From NCBI GenBank assembly GCA_934162535.1, contig CAKPJC010000004.1:30540-94539 (forward strand): a DNA stretch of 64,000 bases. The letters are read 5' to 3'. The notes under the pieces were generated by a model. The model had not been told where the DNA came from. It saw only the letters and a list, made by a program, of their open reading frames with translations, and did no database searches. The DNA is from an uncultured Clostridia bacterium. Its GTDB lineage: Bacteria > Bacillota > Clostridia > TANB77 > CAG-508. Numbering within the stretch: the stretch's first letter is position 1; every line of letters begins with the position of its first letter. The translations under genes were made by a program, and so were the position numbers. Below, piece by piece: positions 9,619 to 18,345 of this stretch.

Positions 9619-9966
9619 TTATACTAAACAATTTAATTCTTTTTTTACTTCTTCCAATATACTTTCTACCTTTTTGTCTGATGAGTCTTTTTGTATTTTG
9701 TTTAGGTTTAACAGTATATGTTCGATTTGTTTTTCTTGATTAATTGTCTTTTTCATAAACAATAGCTTTTCTTCAAACTCGAAAAGTTTTCTTTCCCCCT
9801 TTTTGATGATATCTCTTACTGCTTGTCTTGTTATCTCATTGATTTCTGCAATTTCTGATAAAGATAAGTCTTTGTTGTAGTAGTAGTCTATGTATTCATA
9901 TTGTTTGTCTGTCAACATTTTTCCGTAGATTTGCCATAGTATGCTTATTTCTACTTTCTTTTCCAT
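9619..9966 (-). CDS. ylxM: YlxM/UPF0122 putative helix-turn-helix protein
   Basis: 115-aa ORF directly upstream of ffh. YYYNKDLSLSEIAEINEITRQAVRDIIKK is a sigma-70 region-4-like HTH. Confidence 0.85.
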   Translation of the reverse strand: MEKKVEISILWQIYGKMLTDKQYEYIDYYYNKDLSLSEIAEINEITRQAVRDIIKKGERKLFEFEEKLLFMKKTINQEKQIEHILLNLNKIQKDSSDKKVESILEEVKKELNCLV

Positions 9967-10086
9967 GCTACTACCTTCTTTCTTAAGTGGTTATGTTTTT
10001 ATTGTTTTTTACTGTAATGCTTATATACTTTACACCATTTTTCTCATTTTGTCAAGTGTTTTGAAGCTTTTTTTCAAAGTTTTTGT

Positions 10087-12558
10087 TCAATCTAACCTTA
10101 TTTCAGGATTATCTGTTAATATCTTATCAACTATGTTCTCATCACCATTAAATTGTGTAACATATCCTCCAAGAGAGTCTGCTTTTTCTTTTAATGCTTC
10201 TACATTTGTGTTAAGATATATTTTTGCTTTACCTTTTCCGTTTTTTGCTTCTTGCACTAAGTTTGATACTGGCGAATTTCCATCAAATGCAACAACTACT
10301 GATTTTCTTCTTTCAAATATTTCATAATTGAAGCTTTTATATATTCCTAGTTCTTCAGGTTCTGTTGATATACATACACCATTTATATTTTCTTGTAGTA
10401 TTTTTTCTTTTACATCTTCTGAAACTTTTTTAGGTATTATCGCATTAATTTCAAAGTTTTTATTTAATTGTTTAGAGATGTCTACAACTGCTTTCTCATA
10501 TCCTTCCATTTTGTGTCCAACAACTATATATGCTTTTTTGTCATCTATTTTGCTTAACATTTCTTTTAACATTTTCACACCATTATCATTTGGCACTGTT
10601 TCTCTTCCATTTGAGTTAAAACTTCCCCCTGCAATTATAACAGGTACTTTGTCCACTGGTAAACTAACTATTTTTTCTTTTAGCACTTCTGCTGACTCAA
10701 GATTGTCATTTAGCATAAATTGTTTCTTCTTCTTTTTGCTCGCTTTGAAATATTGTTCTTCTAATTGTTGTATCATTTCTTCTAATGTTTTTTCTTGTCT
10801 TATTTTTTTGAACCTTTTTAATTTTTTCTTGAAGTTTTCTTTATTTTCTTCTATTAATTTATTTTCTGTTTCTTTCATTTTTTGAAAGTCGTTGTCATCC
10901 AATCCCAGTAAATTTTGTAATGCTATTTGTTCTTCCATTGTATCTGTACCATAAAATCCACATCCATCAGTTCCTTGTACACATTTTACATTATTTTTCA
11001 TGTAGTATTTTATTGGATGATTTTCTAATCCTGTCAAGTTATTTAATCTAACATTTGATGATATTTGAAATTCTAGTATTGTCCCAATTTTCTTCATTCT
11101 TTCTATCATTTCTCTACCTTTTTCAGTTTTTAAGTTTATTCCATATACTCCATGTCCTATTCTAAATCTTGGTGCCTGTTTTCCTTCTGGAATTGCATTT
11201 TCTACACATTCCACTGCTCTTTCTATGTTTTCTTTGAATGCATCGTTTTCTCCTGCATGTATCCTTATTGTAAATCCATTGTTTTCTTTTATTGCAAATT
11301 CAACAAGCTCTTTTATTATTGGCTCAAATTCTTTTATGTCATTTAGTTCTTCTCCAACTATATCACTACCAACAACATACGGACTATGTGCCATTGCTTT
11401 TAATACATCTAATGATTCTCTGATTTGGTCTGATGTTAGCCATATTCTTCTTATTGCAACTAAAAACCTTAGTGCAACTCCTGTTTCTTCTTCTGCTAAT
11501 GGTACTATTTGATGTACTTGTCTTAAGAATTCTATTCCTGGTTCTCCCTTTTTGGTTAAGTCTGTTGATGCGATTTCTGCATAGTATATTCCTTGTTTTT
11601 GATATTCTCTTGCTATCCACAATAGTTTGTCTTGCAATAACGAATTTTTTGCATATTTGCTTCCTAATTGTGAGTCTTCACTCATTTTATATAGATAGTT
11701 TTTTATATCTTCTTCTGGGATTTTGTCTATCTGTTCTTTTGTAAAATATATTGGATTTTGACATGATTTGCCTTTTGCGAATACATATCTGTATACATAT
11801 ACTTTTTCAAGATTTGTAAATACTGATTGACCATCTTTTAATAATGCTAAACTTCTCCTTATTTTTCTTATATTTTCTTCTGCATTTTCTAGGTTGTTTA
11901 ATATTAGGTCTGCAAAGTTTATGAATGTTTCGTCTTTTATTTTTCTTTCTAATTTTTTTCCTGTTAGTTCTGAATTTTCATATGCTTTTGCCGTCTCTTT
12001 TCTGTATTTTTCCATTACTTCTTCTTGTTTTGGTGTTAATTTTAAGTCAATTTTTCTTACATAATATAATGGATATTTTATTTGGTGCTTTATTCCAAGT
12101 GCTATTAATAAGTCTGGACTTAATATGGCATTCATGTGTGTATGTAAGTCTGTTCTTAATTTGTTTTTTACTGGTATATATGTATTTATTATTGTTTTTT
12201 CTTTTTCTATTTTATAATCTTTTGTTTGTGACATTAATGTTTTTATTATTGCTGGTATTTTTGCTTTTTGTTCTATTCTGCCATCTTCATATATTGTTGC
12301 TATTTCAGTGTTACCAATGTTAAAAAGATAAATATTTTCTCCATTTGCATTTATATGTGAGTATATTTCACCTGTTATAGTTTTCATATCATTTTTATCT
12401 TTTATTGTTTCAACTCCAAGTGTTTTGGCTAAGTTTGTAATAAGATTTCCTGTATTGTGATTTGGTGTTTCGATAATGTATCTTATTTTATCCTCACTTT
12501 CTTTTTGCAATTTTACAATTATGTCTTTTTCTTTGTCTAAATAAAATTTTTTAACCAT
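10087..12558 (-). CDS. Large adenosine/AMP-deaminase-like metallohydrolase with an unknown N-terminal domain and a C-terminal SLOG/LOG-like Rossmann domain
   Basis: 823-aa ORF. Deaminase motifs: DLHTHMNAIL, IRIHAGEND, RIGHGVYG, ISSNVRLN, QGTDGCG. The C-terminal ~180 aa carries VIIAGGSFNSNG and FDGNSPVSNLVQEA, which resemble the LOG-family glycine loops. Confidence 0.6.
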   Translation of the reverse strand: MVKKFYLDKEKDIIVKLQKESEDKIRYIIETPNHNTGNLITNLAKTLGVETIKDKNDMKTITGEIYSHINANGENIYLFNIGNTEIATIYEDGRIEQKAKIPAIIKTLMSQTKDYKIEKEKTIINTYIPVKNKLRTDLHTHMNAILSPDLLIALGIKHQIKYPLYYVRKIDLKLTPKQEEVMEKYRKETAKAYENSELTGKKLERKIKDETFINFADLILNNLENAEENIRKIRRSLALLKDGQSVFTNLEKVYVYRYVFAKGKSCQNPIYFTKEQIDKIPEEDIKNYLYKMSEDSQLGSKYAKNSLLQDKLLWIAREYQKQGIYYAEIASTDLTKKGEPGIEFLRQVHQIVPLAEEETGVALRFLVAIRRIWLTSDQIRESLDVLKAMAHSPYVVGSDIVGEELNDIKEFEPIIKELVEFAIKENNGFTIRIHAGENDAFKENIERAVECVENAIPEGKQAPRFRIGHGVYGINLKTEKGREMIERMKKIGTILEFQISSNVRLNNLTGLENHPIKYYMKNNVKCVQGTDGCGFYGTDTMEEQIALQNLLGLDDNDFQKMKETENKLIEENKENFKKKLKRFKKIRQEKTLEEMIQQLEEQYFKASKKKKKQFMLNDNLESAEVLKEKIVSLPVDKVPVIIAGGSFNSNGRETVPNDNGVKMLKEMLSKIDDKKAYIVVGHKMEGYEKAVVDISKQLNKNFEINAIIPKKVSEDVKEKILQENINGVCISTEPEELGIYKSFNYEIFERRKSVVVAFDGNSPVSNLVQEAKNGKGKAKIYLNTNVEALKEKADSLGGYVTQFNGDENIVDKILTDNPEIRLD

Positions 12559-12586
12559 ATTTTCCTCCTTTTTTCTTAATTATGTG

Positions 12587-12620
12587 ACAAAAAAGGAAAT
12601 TATTTTTATTCTAATTTCCT
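12587..12620 (-). terminator. Rho-independent terminator after pheT
   Basis: Stem AGGAAATTA / TAATTTCCT with a T-run on the minus strand. Confidence 0.6.
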
Positions 12621-12637
12621 CTCTTTTTACTATTGCT

Positions 12638-15001
12638 CTATTTTCTTATTTCAGCACCACATTTTTTTGATACTGTTTCAATAATTTTATCTATTATATT
12701 ATTAATTTCTTCATCTGTCAATGTTTTTTTCATATCTTCAAATGTTAATGAATATGCAATTGACTTTTTATCTATTCCAATGTTTATTCCTGTATACACA
12801 TCAAATACTTCAATGTTAGTAAGTAAGCTACCTCCTGCTGATTTTATTACTTTTTCTATGTCTTTTGATATTGCATCTTTATTTACTACAAATGCTAAAT
12901 CTTTTTTTATTCCTGGAAATTTTGATATTTCTTTATATTTCATTTTTCCGACCTTTTTTTTAAATAGTTCGTCAAGGTTTATTTCCATCACATACACATT
13001 TTCATTTGTAATGCTTGGATGTATTTTCCCTATTATTCCTACATCTGTTCCATTTACATTTATGTATGCACTTTGACCTTTGTGCATTTCTTTTGGAAAC
13101 TCTTTTTTAATAAAGCTATATCTTCCTGCATATCCAAGATATTCAAGTATTTCTTCTGCTATTCCTTTTATTGTATAGAAGTCTACATTCTTTATGTTAT
13201 TTAATCCCAATGAGTATTTGCCTGTCATTACTGCACATAGTTTTGTGTTCTCTCCATATTCTTCACCTTTTTTATAAAATCCTTTTCCTATTTCAAATAT
13301 TGATATATCTTTTTGATTACGGGCATTATTGTATTCATATATTTTATATAATGATGGTATCATACTATATCTAAGTGTGTTTCTGTCTTCTGTTATAGGG
13401 TCTAATAATTTTAGTGGTTCGAATTTATCAAGTGTGTATTGTGTTGCTTCTTTGTCATTTACCAATATATATGTTAATGTTTCGTTTAATCCTAGTGCTA
13501 TCATTTTGTTTCTTATTTCTCTTTGTGTTTTATCATAGCTCCCTTTTCTCATTTGAACTACAGGTAATTTTCCTTGAATATTGTCTACTCCATATATACG
13601 ACTAACTTCTTCTATCAAGTCTTCTTTTATTGATATGTCTAATCTTCTTGTTGGAACTTTTACTGTTACCTTTTCTCCTTTAGCATTGTATTCAAATCCT
13701 AGTTTTCTGAATACATTTAATATTTCTTCATTCGGAATTTCTATTCCTAATACATCATTTATGTTTTTAAATTCTATTTCTATATTTTTTTCTTGATTAT
13801 TTGTTTTATCATATTCAACTGTGCCTGTAATTACTTTTCCATCTGCGTATTGCTCTAATAATTTACATGCTCTCTCTATTGCCATTGTTGTTCTTTCTGG
13901 GTCTATTCCTTTTTCAAATCTGTTACTTGCTTCACTTCTAAGTATTTTTTTTGACGTTTTTCTAACTTTTACAGAATCGAATATTGCTGATTCTATTATT
14001 ATATTTTTAGTGTCTTTTTCTACTTCTGTTTCAAGTCCACCCATTACTCCTGCTAACCCTACTCCATGTGTACTATCTGCTATTACTATATCTTCTGAAC
14101 TTAGTGTTCTTTCTATATTATCAAGTGTCGTTAGCTTTTCTCCTTCTTCTGCCATTCTAACTACAAGTTCGTTTCCAAGTCTATCCGCATCATAAAAGTG
14201 TAGTGGTTGACCTAATTCTAGCATTACATAGTTACTTATATCTACAACATTGTTTATTGGTCTTATTCCAGATGCCATTAATCTATTTTTTATAAATGCA
14301 GGGCTTTCCTTTATTGTTAGATTCTCTACTTTTTTTATTAAGAGTTTTTTACAATTTTCTGTTTTTACTTCTGCTGTGAATGTTTCGTTTATGTTTTTTC
14401 CTTCTTCTTTATGACTTATATCTATAGATTTTACAGGTTTATCATATATTGCTCCTATTTCATATGCCATTCCAAGTATACTTAGCAAATCTCCTCTGTT
14501 TGCTGTTAGTTCAAAATCTATTATCTCATCATCTAGTCCTAAATATTTTATAGGGTCTTCTCCTGGTATTGCATCTTCACCAAGTTCTGCTATTCCTTCT
14601 TTGTCTTTTGGAGTTAGAAATTTGTTCTCTATTCCTATTTCTTCTAGCGAACATAACATTCCATTTGATTCTTTTCCTCTTATAATTCCTTTTTTTATTG
14701 TTATTTCTGGTAGTTTTGCTCCATCTTGTGCTACTATTACTTTTAATCCTTTTCTTGCATTTGGTGCACCACATACAATGTCTAATGTTTCTGTTCCTAT
14801 ATTTACTTTACAAAGATGCAAGTGATCCGAATCTGGATGGTCAACACATTCTGTTATTTCTCCTATTATTAGTTTTGTTGCATTTATCATTTTTTCGGCT
14901 GAATCATATTCGTTTCCAACACGTGTCATGTCTTCTGCTAATTGCTTTATATCAACATCTATGTCTACATAGTCTTTTACAAAGTTTTTACTTAGTTTCA
15001 T
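12638..15001 (-). CDS. pheT: Phenylalanine--tRNA ligase beta subunit
   Basis: 787-aa ORF. N-terminal tRNA-binding domain (HPDSDHLHLCKV), B3/4 and B5 domains. Lies immediately downstream of pheS. Confidence 0.95.
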   Translation of the reverse strand: MKLSKNFVKDYVDIDVDIKQLAEDMTRVGNEYDSAEKMINATKLIIGEITECVDHPDSDHLHLCKVNIGTETLDIVCGAPNARKGLKVIVAQDGAKLPEITIKKGIIRGKESNGMLCSLEEIGIENKFLTPKDKEGIAELGEDAIPGEDPIKYLGLDDEIIDFELTANRGDLLSILGMAYEIGAIYDKPVKSIDISHKEEGKNINETFTAEVKTENCKKLLIKKVENLTIKESPAFIKNRLMASGIRPINNVVDISNYVMLELGQPLHFYDADRLGNELVVRMAEEGEKLTTLDNIERTLSSEDIVIADSTHGVGLAGVMGGLETEVEKDTKNIIIESAIFDSVKVRKTSKKILRSEASNRFEKGIDPERTTMAIERACKLLEQYADGKVITGTVEYDKTNNQEKNIEIEFKNINDVLGIEIPNEEILNVFRKLGFEYNAKGEKVTVKVPTRRLDISIKEDLIEEVSRIYGVDNIQGKLPVVQMRKGSYDKTQREIRNKMIALGLNETLTYILVNDKEATQYTLDKFEPLKLLDPITEDRNTLRYSMIPSLYKIYEYNNARNQKDISIFEIGKGFYKKGEEYGENTKLCAVMTGKYSLGLNNIKNVDFYTIKGIAEEILEYLGYAGRYSFIKKEFPKEMHKGQSAYINVNGTDVGIIGKIHPSITNENVYVMEINLDELFKKKVGKMKYKEISKFPGIKKDLAFVVNKDAISKDIEKVIKSAGGSLLTNIEVFDVYTGINIGIDKKSIAYSLTFEDMKKTLTDEEINNIIDKIIETVSKKCGAEIRK

Positions 15002-15029
15002 TTCATTTTCTCCTTTCTACCTATATCTC

Positions 15030-16079
15030 TTATTCAATATCTTTTCTGTCAAATTGTGTTAAAAATCTAATATCATTTGCATACAAGTATCTCATATCTG
15101 GTATTCCATATTTGAACATTGCTAGTCTTTCTAGTCCTGTTCCAAATGCAAATCCTCCATATTCTTCTGGATTATATCCATTCATCCTCAATACATTTGG
15201 ATGTACTATTCCTGCTCCTAATATTTCTATCCAACCTGTTTGTTTACATAGGTTGCAACCTTTTCCACCACATTTAAAACAGCTAACGTCTACTTCATAT
15301 GATGGCTCTGTGAATGGAAAATAGCTTGGTCTAAATCTTAGTTCACTATTTTTTCCTATTAATTTTTTTACAAATATTTCAAGTGTTCCTTTTAAATCTG
15401 CTAATGATACATTTCTTTCTTTTTTGTCTATAACAAGTCCTTCAACTTGACCAAATTGATGTGAATGTGTTGCATCATCTTCTCTACGGTATGTTTTTCC
15501 TGCACATATCATTCTTATTGGTGTTTTTTCTGTATTTGCTAACATTGTTCTTGCTTGTACTGATGATGTTTGTGTTCTTAGTAGATGTTCTTTTGTTATA
15601 TAGAAACTATCTTGCATGTCTCTTGCCGGATGTCCTTTTGGTAGATTTAGTCTTTCAAAACAAAATTCATCTGTTTCTAGTTCTGGGCCTGATACTACAT
15701 CATACCCCATTGATACAAATAGGTCTTCTATTTCTTCAATTACTCTGTTTACTGGGTGTTTGCTTCCTCTTTTTATTTTTGTTCCTGGTAATGTTATGTC
15801 TATTGTTTCATTTTCTATTTGTTCTGCTAGCATATTTTCTCTTATTGCTTCTTCTGCAATTGCGATTTTTTCTTCTATTTCTGTTCTTGCTTTGTTTACT
15901 AGTGCTCCTACTTTTGGCCTTTCCTCTGCTGTTAAGTTTCCTAATCCTTTTAGTAGACCTGATAGTTCACTTTTTTTACCTAGAATTTTTACTTTTAATT
16001 CTTGTAGTTCTTGTGAGTTTTTTATTTGCTGTATTTTTTCTTCTGCATTTTTTTTTATTTCTTCAATTTTTTCTTGCAT
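15030..16079 (-). CDS. pheS: Phenylalanine--tRNA ligase alpha subunit
   Basis: [34 protein letters not shown]. The likely start is MQEKIEE at 16079; the track ORF extends to 16127. Confidence 0.95.
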   Translation of the reverse strand: MQEKIEEIKKNAEEKIQQIKNSQELQELKVKILGKKSELSGLLKGLGNLTAEERPKVGALVNKARTEIEEKIAIAEEAIRENMLAEQIENETIDITLPGTKIKRGSKHPVNRVIEEIEDLFVSMGYDVVSGPELETDEFCFERLNLPKGHPARDMQDSFYITKEHLLRTQTSSVQARTMLANTEKTPIRMICAGKTYRREDDATHSHQFGQVEGLVIDKKERNVSLADLKGTLEIFVKKLIGKNSELRFRPSYFPFTEPSYEVDVSCFKCGGKGCNLCKQTGWIEILGAGIVHPNVLRMNGYNPEEYGGFAFGTGLERLAMFKYGIPDMRYLYANDIRFLTQFDRKDIE

Positions 16080-16131
16080 TTTTCTATCATTCCTTTCTTT
16101 TAAATTATGGCTTTGAGATTTTATCAATTAA

Positions 16132-16387
16132 AAGAGCCAATCATCCATATTTTTAGGACGAATGGCTCTTTTCGTGGTACCACCTAATTTTATTAATTGT
16201 GCTTTTGCACTTATTAACCTCTTTATAGTTTTAACGGTTCTACCGCTTCTTTTTACTGCTTTTTCAAAAGAAGACCTCTAAAGTGAATTTTCAATATATC
16301 TTGTATAAATAGCTCTCAGCTTTGCTATTTTCTCTGTGATACTTTTTTAATATATTTACTTTGCTTTTTCTCAGGTTTTGTTTTTCT
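16132..16387 (-). promoter_or_regulatory. T-box riboswitch leader (Phe specifier UUC) with terminator/antiterminator
   Basis: The minus strand contains AGAGA, a candidate specifier AAAUUCA, the F-box CCGUUA, the T-box core AAUUAGGUGGUACCACG (plus-strand 16173-16189), then the terminator AAGAGCCA...TGGCTCTT plus TTTT directly before pheS. Confidence 0.85.
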
Positions 16388-16393
16388 TTGCAC

Positions 16394-16422
16394 ATTATAG
16401 CACGGTTTATTTTTTTTGTAAA
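16394..16422 (-). promoter_or_regulatory. Promoter of the pheST T-box leader
   Basis: The minus strand reads TTTACA, about 18 nt ending in TGc, then TATAAT. Confidence 0.55.
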
Positions 16423-16451
16423 GTGTTTTGATTTATGTTTACTTATTTTTT

Positions 16452-16484
16452 AAAAGGTAAGAGCAATTTTTTTGCTCTTACCTT
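16452..16484 (-). terminator. Terminator after the 101-aa foreign gene
   Basis: 13-bp stem AAGGTAAGAGCAA / TTGCTCTTACCTT. A T-run follows on the minus strand. Confidence 0.65.
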
Positions 16485-16500
16485 CGGGTAACTATAGGAA

Positions 16501-16806
16501 TCACTTTTCCGTCAATTCTTTCTTCTTGGCTAATGAAATGTTGTACTTTTGCATAAAGTTCTCGACCTTTCTGACAGAAGCAATGTATTCCTGTTCAGAC
16601 TTTTCGGCTTCTTCTCTTGCAATTTCGCATGCTGTTTCAAGGCGTTCTAACTCTCCTCTTGCCTCCCACATTTGCTGTTCCTTCACTCTTTTTTCATCCT
16701 CCGCCTTTGAGATTGCTCTCTTTAGCCAGCGAATGATCATGGCATTGACTTTGATGTCATTTTCGATGACTATCCTAGTCCGTTTTTCCTTATTTGTGTT
16801 ACCCAC
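16501..16806 (-). CDS. Hypothetical coiled-coil protein, compositionally foreign (GC-richer)
   Basis: 101-aa ORF with a GTG start after the RBS AAGGAGGG. E/K/R-rich coiled-coil sequence with no family recognised. Clearly higher GC than its flanks. Contains an in-frame CGG where Arg fits (KEKRTRI). Confidence 0.5.
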   Translation of the reverse strand: MGNTNKEKRTRIVIENDIKVNAMIIRWLKRAISKAEDEKRVKEQQMWEARGELERLETACEIAREEAEKSEQEYIASVRKVENFMQKYNISLAKKKELTEK

Positions 16807-16887
16807 AAAAATCCCTCCTTATTAGGAAATACGCCTATATTATATCACATATTTCTTGTAATTTCAACAGTTTATGTAAATCTCATT

Positions 16888-18345
16888 CTAATTTCCTATT
16901 GGGGCATAATTATCTGTTGATATTTTTTTGTCTGAGCTATAGTTTTTTACTTCTGTATTCAAATACTCTTCATATTCTAGGTATTTGCTTTCATTTATTT
17001 GTGGTGTTCCTTTTATTCCTACTAATATAAGGTTTTGACTTTCAAAGACATCTTTATTTCCAACTTGATAAATTTTCACATCATCAAATACTTTTTTATA
17101 TGTTGCATATTCGTATTTGATAAGTTTTGATTCTTTTCCTTCTAATGATGATATTATATTAGTCAATACTATTCCATTTTCGTTTAGCCTGTTTTTTGCA
17201 TTCGCTAATGCTTCAAATGTTGTTAATTCAAATGGTACATTTGTTCCTTTGAATGCATCTATTAAAATGGTATCGTATTTTTCTTTACTATAATTTAGAA
17301 AGCTTCTACCATCTTGACTATATATTTTTAGCCTTTCATTATTAGTATTTAACCCAAATTGTTCTTTTGCAATTTGGGTCATTTTTTCATCTATTTCTAC
17401 TACATCTATTTTTTTATCATCGTATTTTTGTAGATAATGTATTGGATATGTATATGCTGCTCCTCCAATTAAAAGTGTTGAGTTTGCATTTTTGTTCAGG
17501 TATTCAAATAAATCGTAATATCTTAAGTATTTTGCTCCCATTTCTCCTGTTTTTTCATCTATATATGATTCTATCCCTGTGTCTACTTGTAGTGTTTTAT
17601 ATGATGTTTTTCCTACATCTATTCTTTTTACCCAAATCCTGCTATATTGTGAATCTGTATCTAGTACGATGTCTGAGTTTGATTTTTTGAATGCTATTTT
17701 TCCAAGTATGGTTATTATGGTTATTATACATATTGTTAGTATTATCATCCATAGAAATTTCTTGTCTTTGTTTTCTCTTATTACCACTGCCATAATTAAT
17801 ATTAGTATCGTTACCCCTAAATTTATATTACTTACTCCAACAAATGGTATTAATATAAATCCCATTATGAATGTTCCTGCTATACATCCTATTGTTGATA
17901 ATGATGACATTCTTCCTGATATTGACCCAATATCGTCTTCCTCTTCACTTTTTATTTTTACTGCATAGGGTGTTACCATTGCAAGTAGAAAACTTGGTAT
18001 CGAGAATACTATTATTGAGCAAATTATTGCAACTATAATTAGATTTCCAATTATTCCTGCAAAGTTTTTTACTATAATTGTTTCTAATAATGGTATTATA
18101 CTTGTGAATATTGCTGAATATAATAGTATTTTTGATACCTGGTTCTTGCTTGCTATTTTATCTGCTCTCTTTCCTCCTATCCAATATCCTACGCTCATAC
18201 TTTCTAATATTATTCCTATTATACTTGTCCATACTACATTTGAACTTCCAACATATGGGGAAAGAACTCTAGCTGCAATTAGCTCGAGTCCCATTCCTAT
18301 TGCTCCACTTAGAAGTACTATTATTTCTAAATTATATTTTTTCAT
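16888..18345 (-). CDS. Fused polytopic membrane / spermidine-synthase-like methyltransferase-fold protein
   Basis: 485-aa ORF. About 7 N-terminal TM helices, then LLIGGAAYTYP, VVEIDEKM, DGRSFL, YDTILIDAF, which are typical of spermidine-synthase-like domains. Confidence 0.7.
   Translation of the reverse strand: MKKYNLEIIVLLSGAIGMGLELIAARVLSPYVGSSNVVWTSIIGIILESMSVGYWIGGKRADKIASKNQVSKILLYSAIFTSIIPLLETIIVKNFAGIIGNLIIVAIICSIIVFSIPSFLLAMVTPYAVKIKSEEEDDIGSISGRMSSLSTIGCIAGTFIMGFILIPFVGVSNINLGVTILILIMAVVIRENKDKKFLWMIILTICIITIITILGKIAFKKSNSDIVLDTDSQYSRIWVKRIDVGKTSYKTLQVDTGIESYIDEKTGEMGAKYLRYYDLFEYLNKNANSTLLIGGAAYTYPIHYLQKYDDKKIDVVEIDEKMTQIAKEQFGLNTNNERLKIYSQDGRSFLNYSKEKYDTILIDAFKGTNVPFELTTFEALANAKNRLNENGIVLTNIISSLEGKESKLIKYEYATYKKVFDDVKIYQVGNKDVFESQNLILVGIKGTPQINESKYLEYEEYLNTEVKNYSSDKKISTDNYAPIGN

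Noticed and set aside
11384-11620. Minus-strand alternative-frame ORFs rich in R/K/N (11384-11620, 14577-14774, 28780-28983).
   Set aside because: They are embedded out of frame within the deaminase-like gene, pheT and pflB respectively. Their basic low-complexity translations have no start context. They are frame artefacts.
10087-12558. A RADAR (RdrA/RdrB) defence system, based on the large adenosine-deaminase-like protein.
   Set aside because: No RdrA-like ATPase gene is adjacent; the flanking genes are pheT and ylxM. The domain layout, with a C-terminal SLOG-like domain, differs from what I recall for RdrB.
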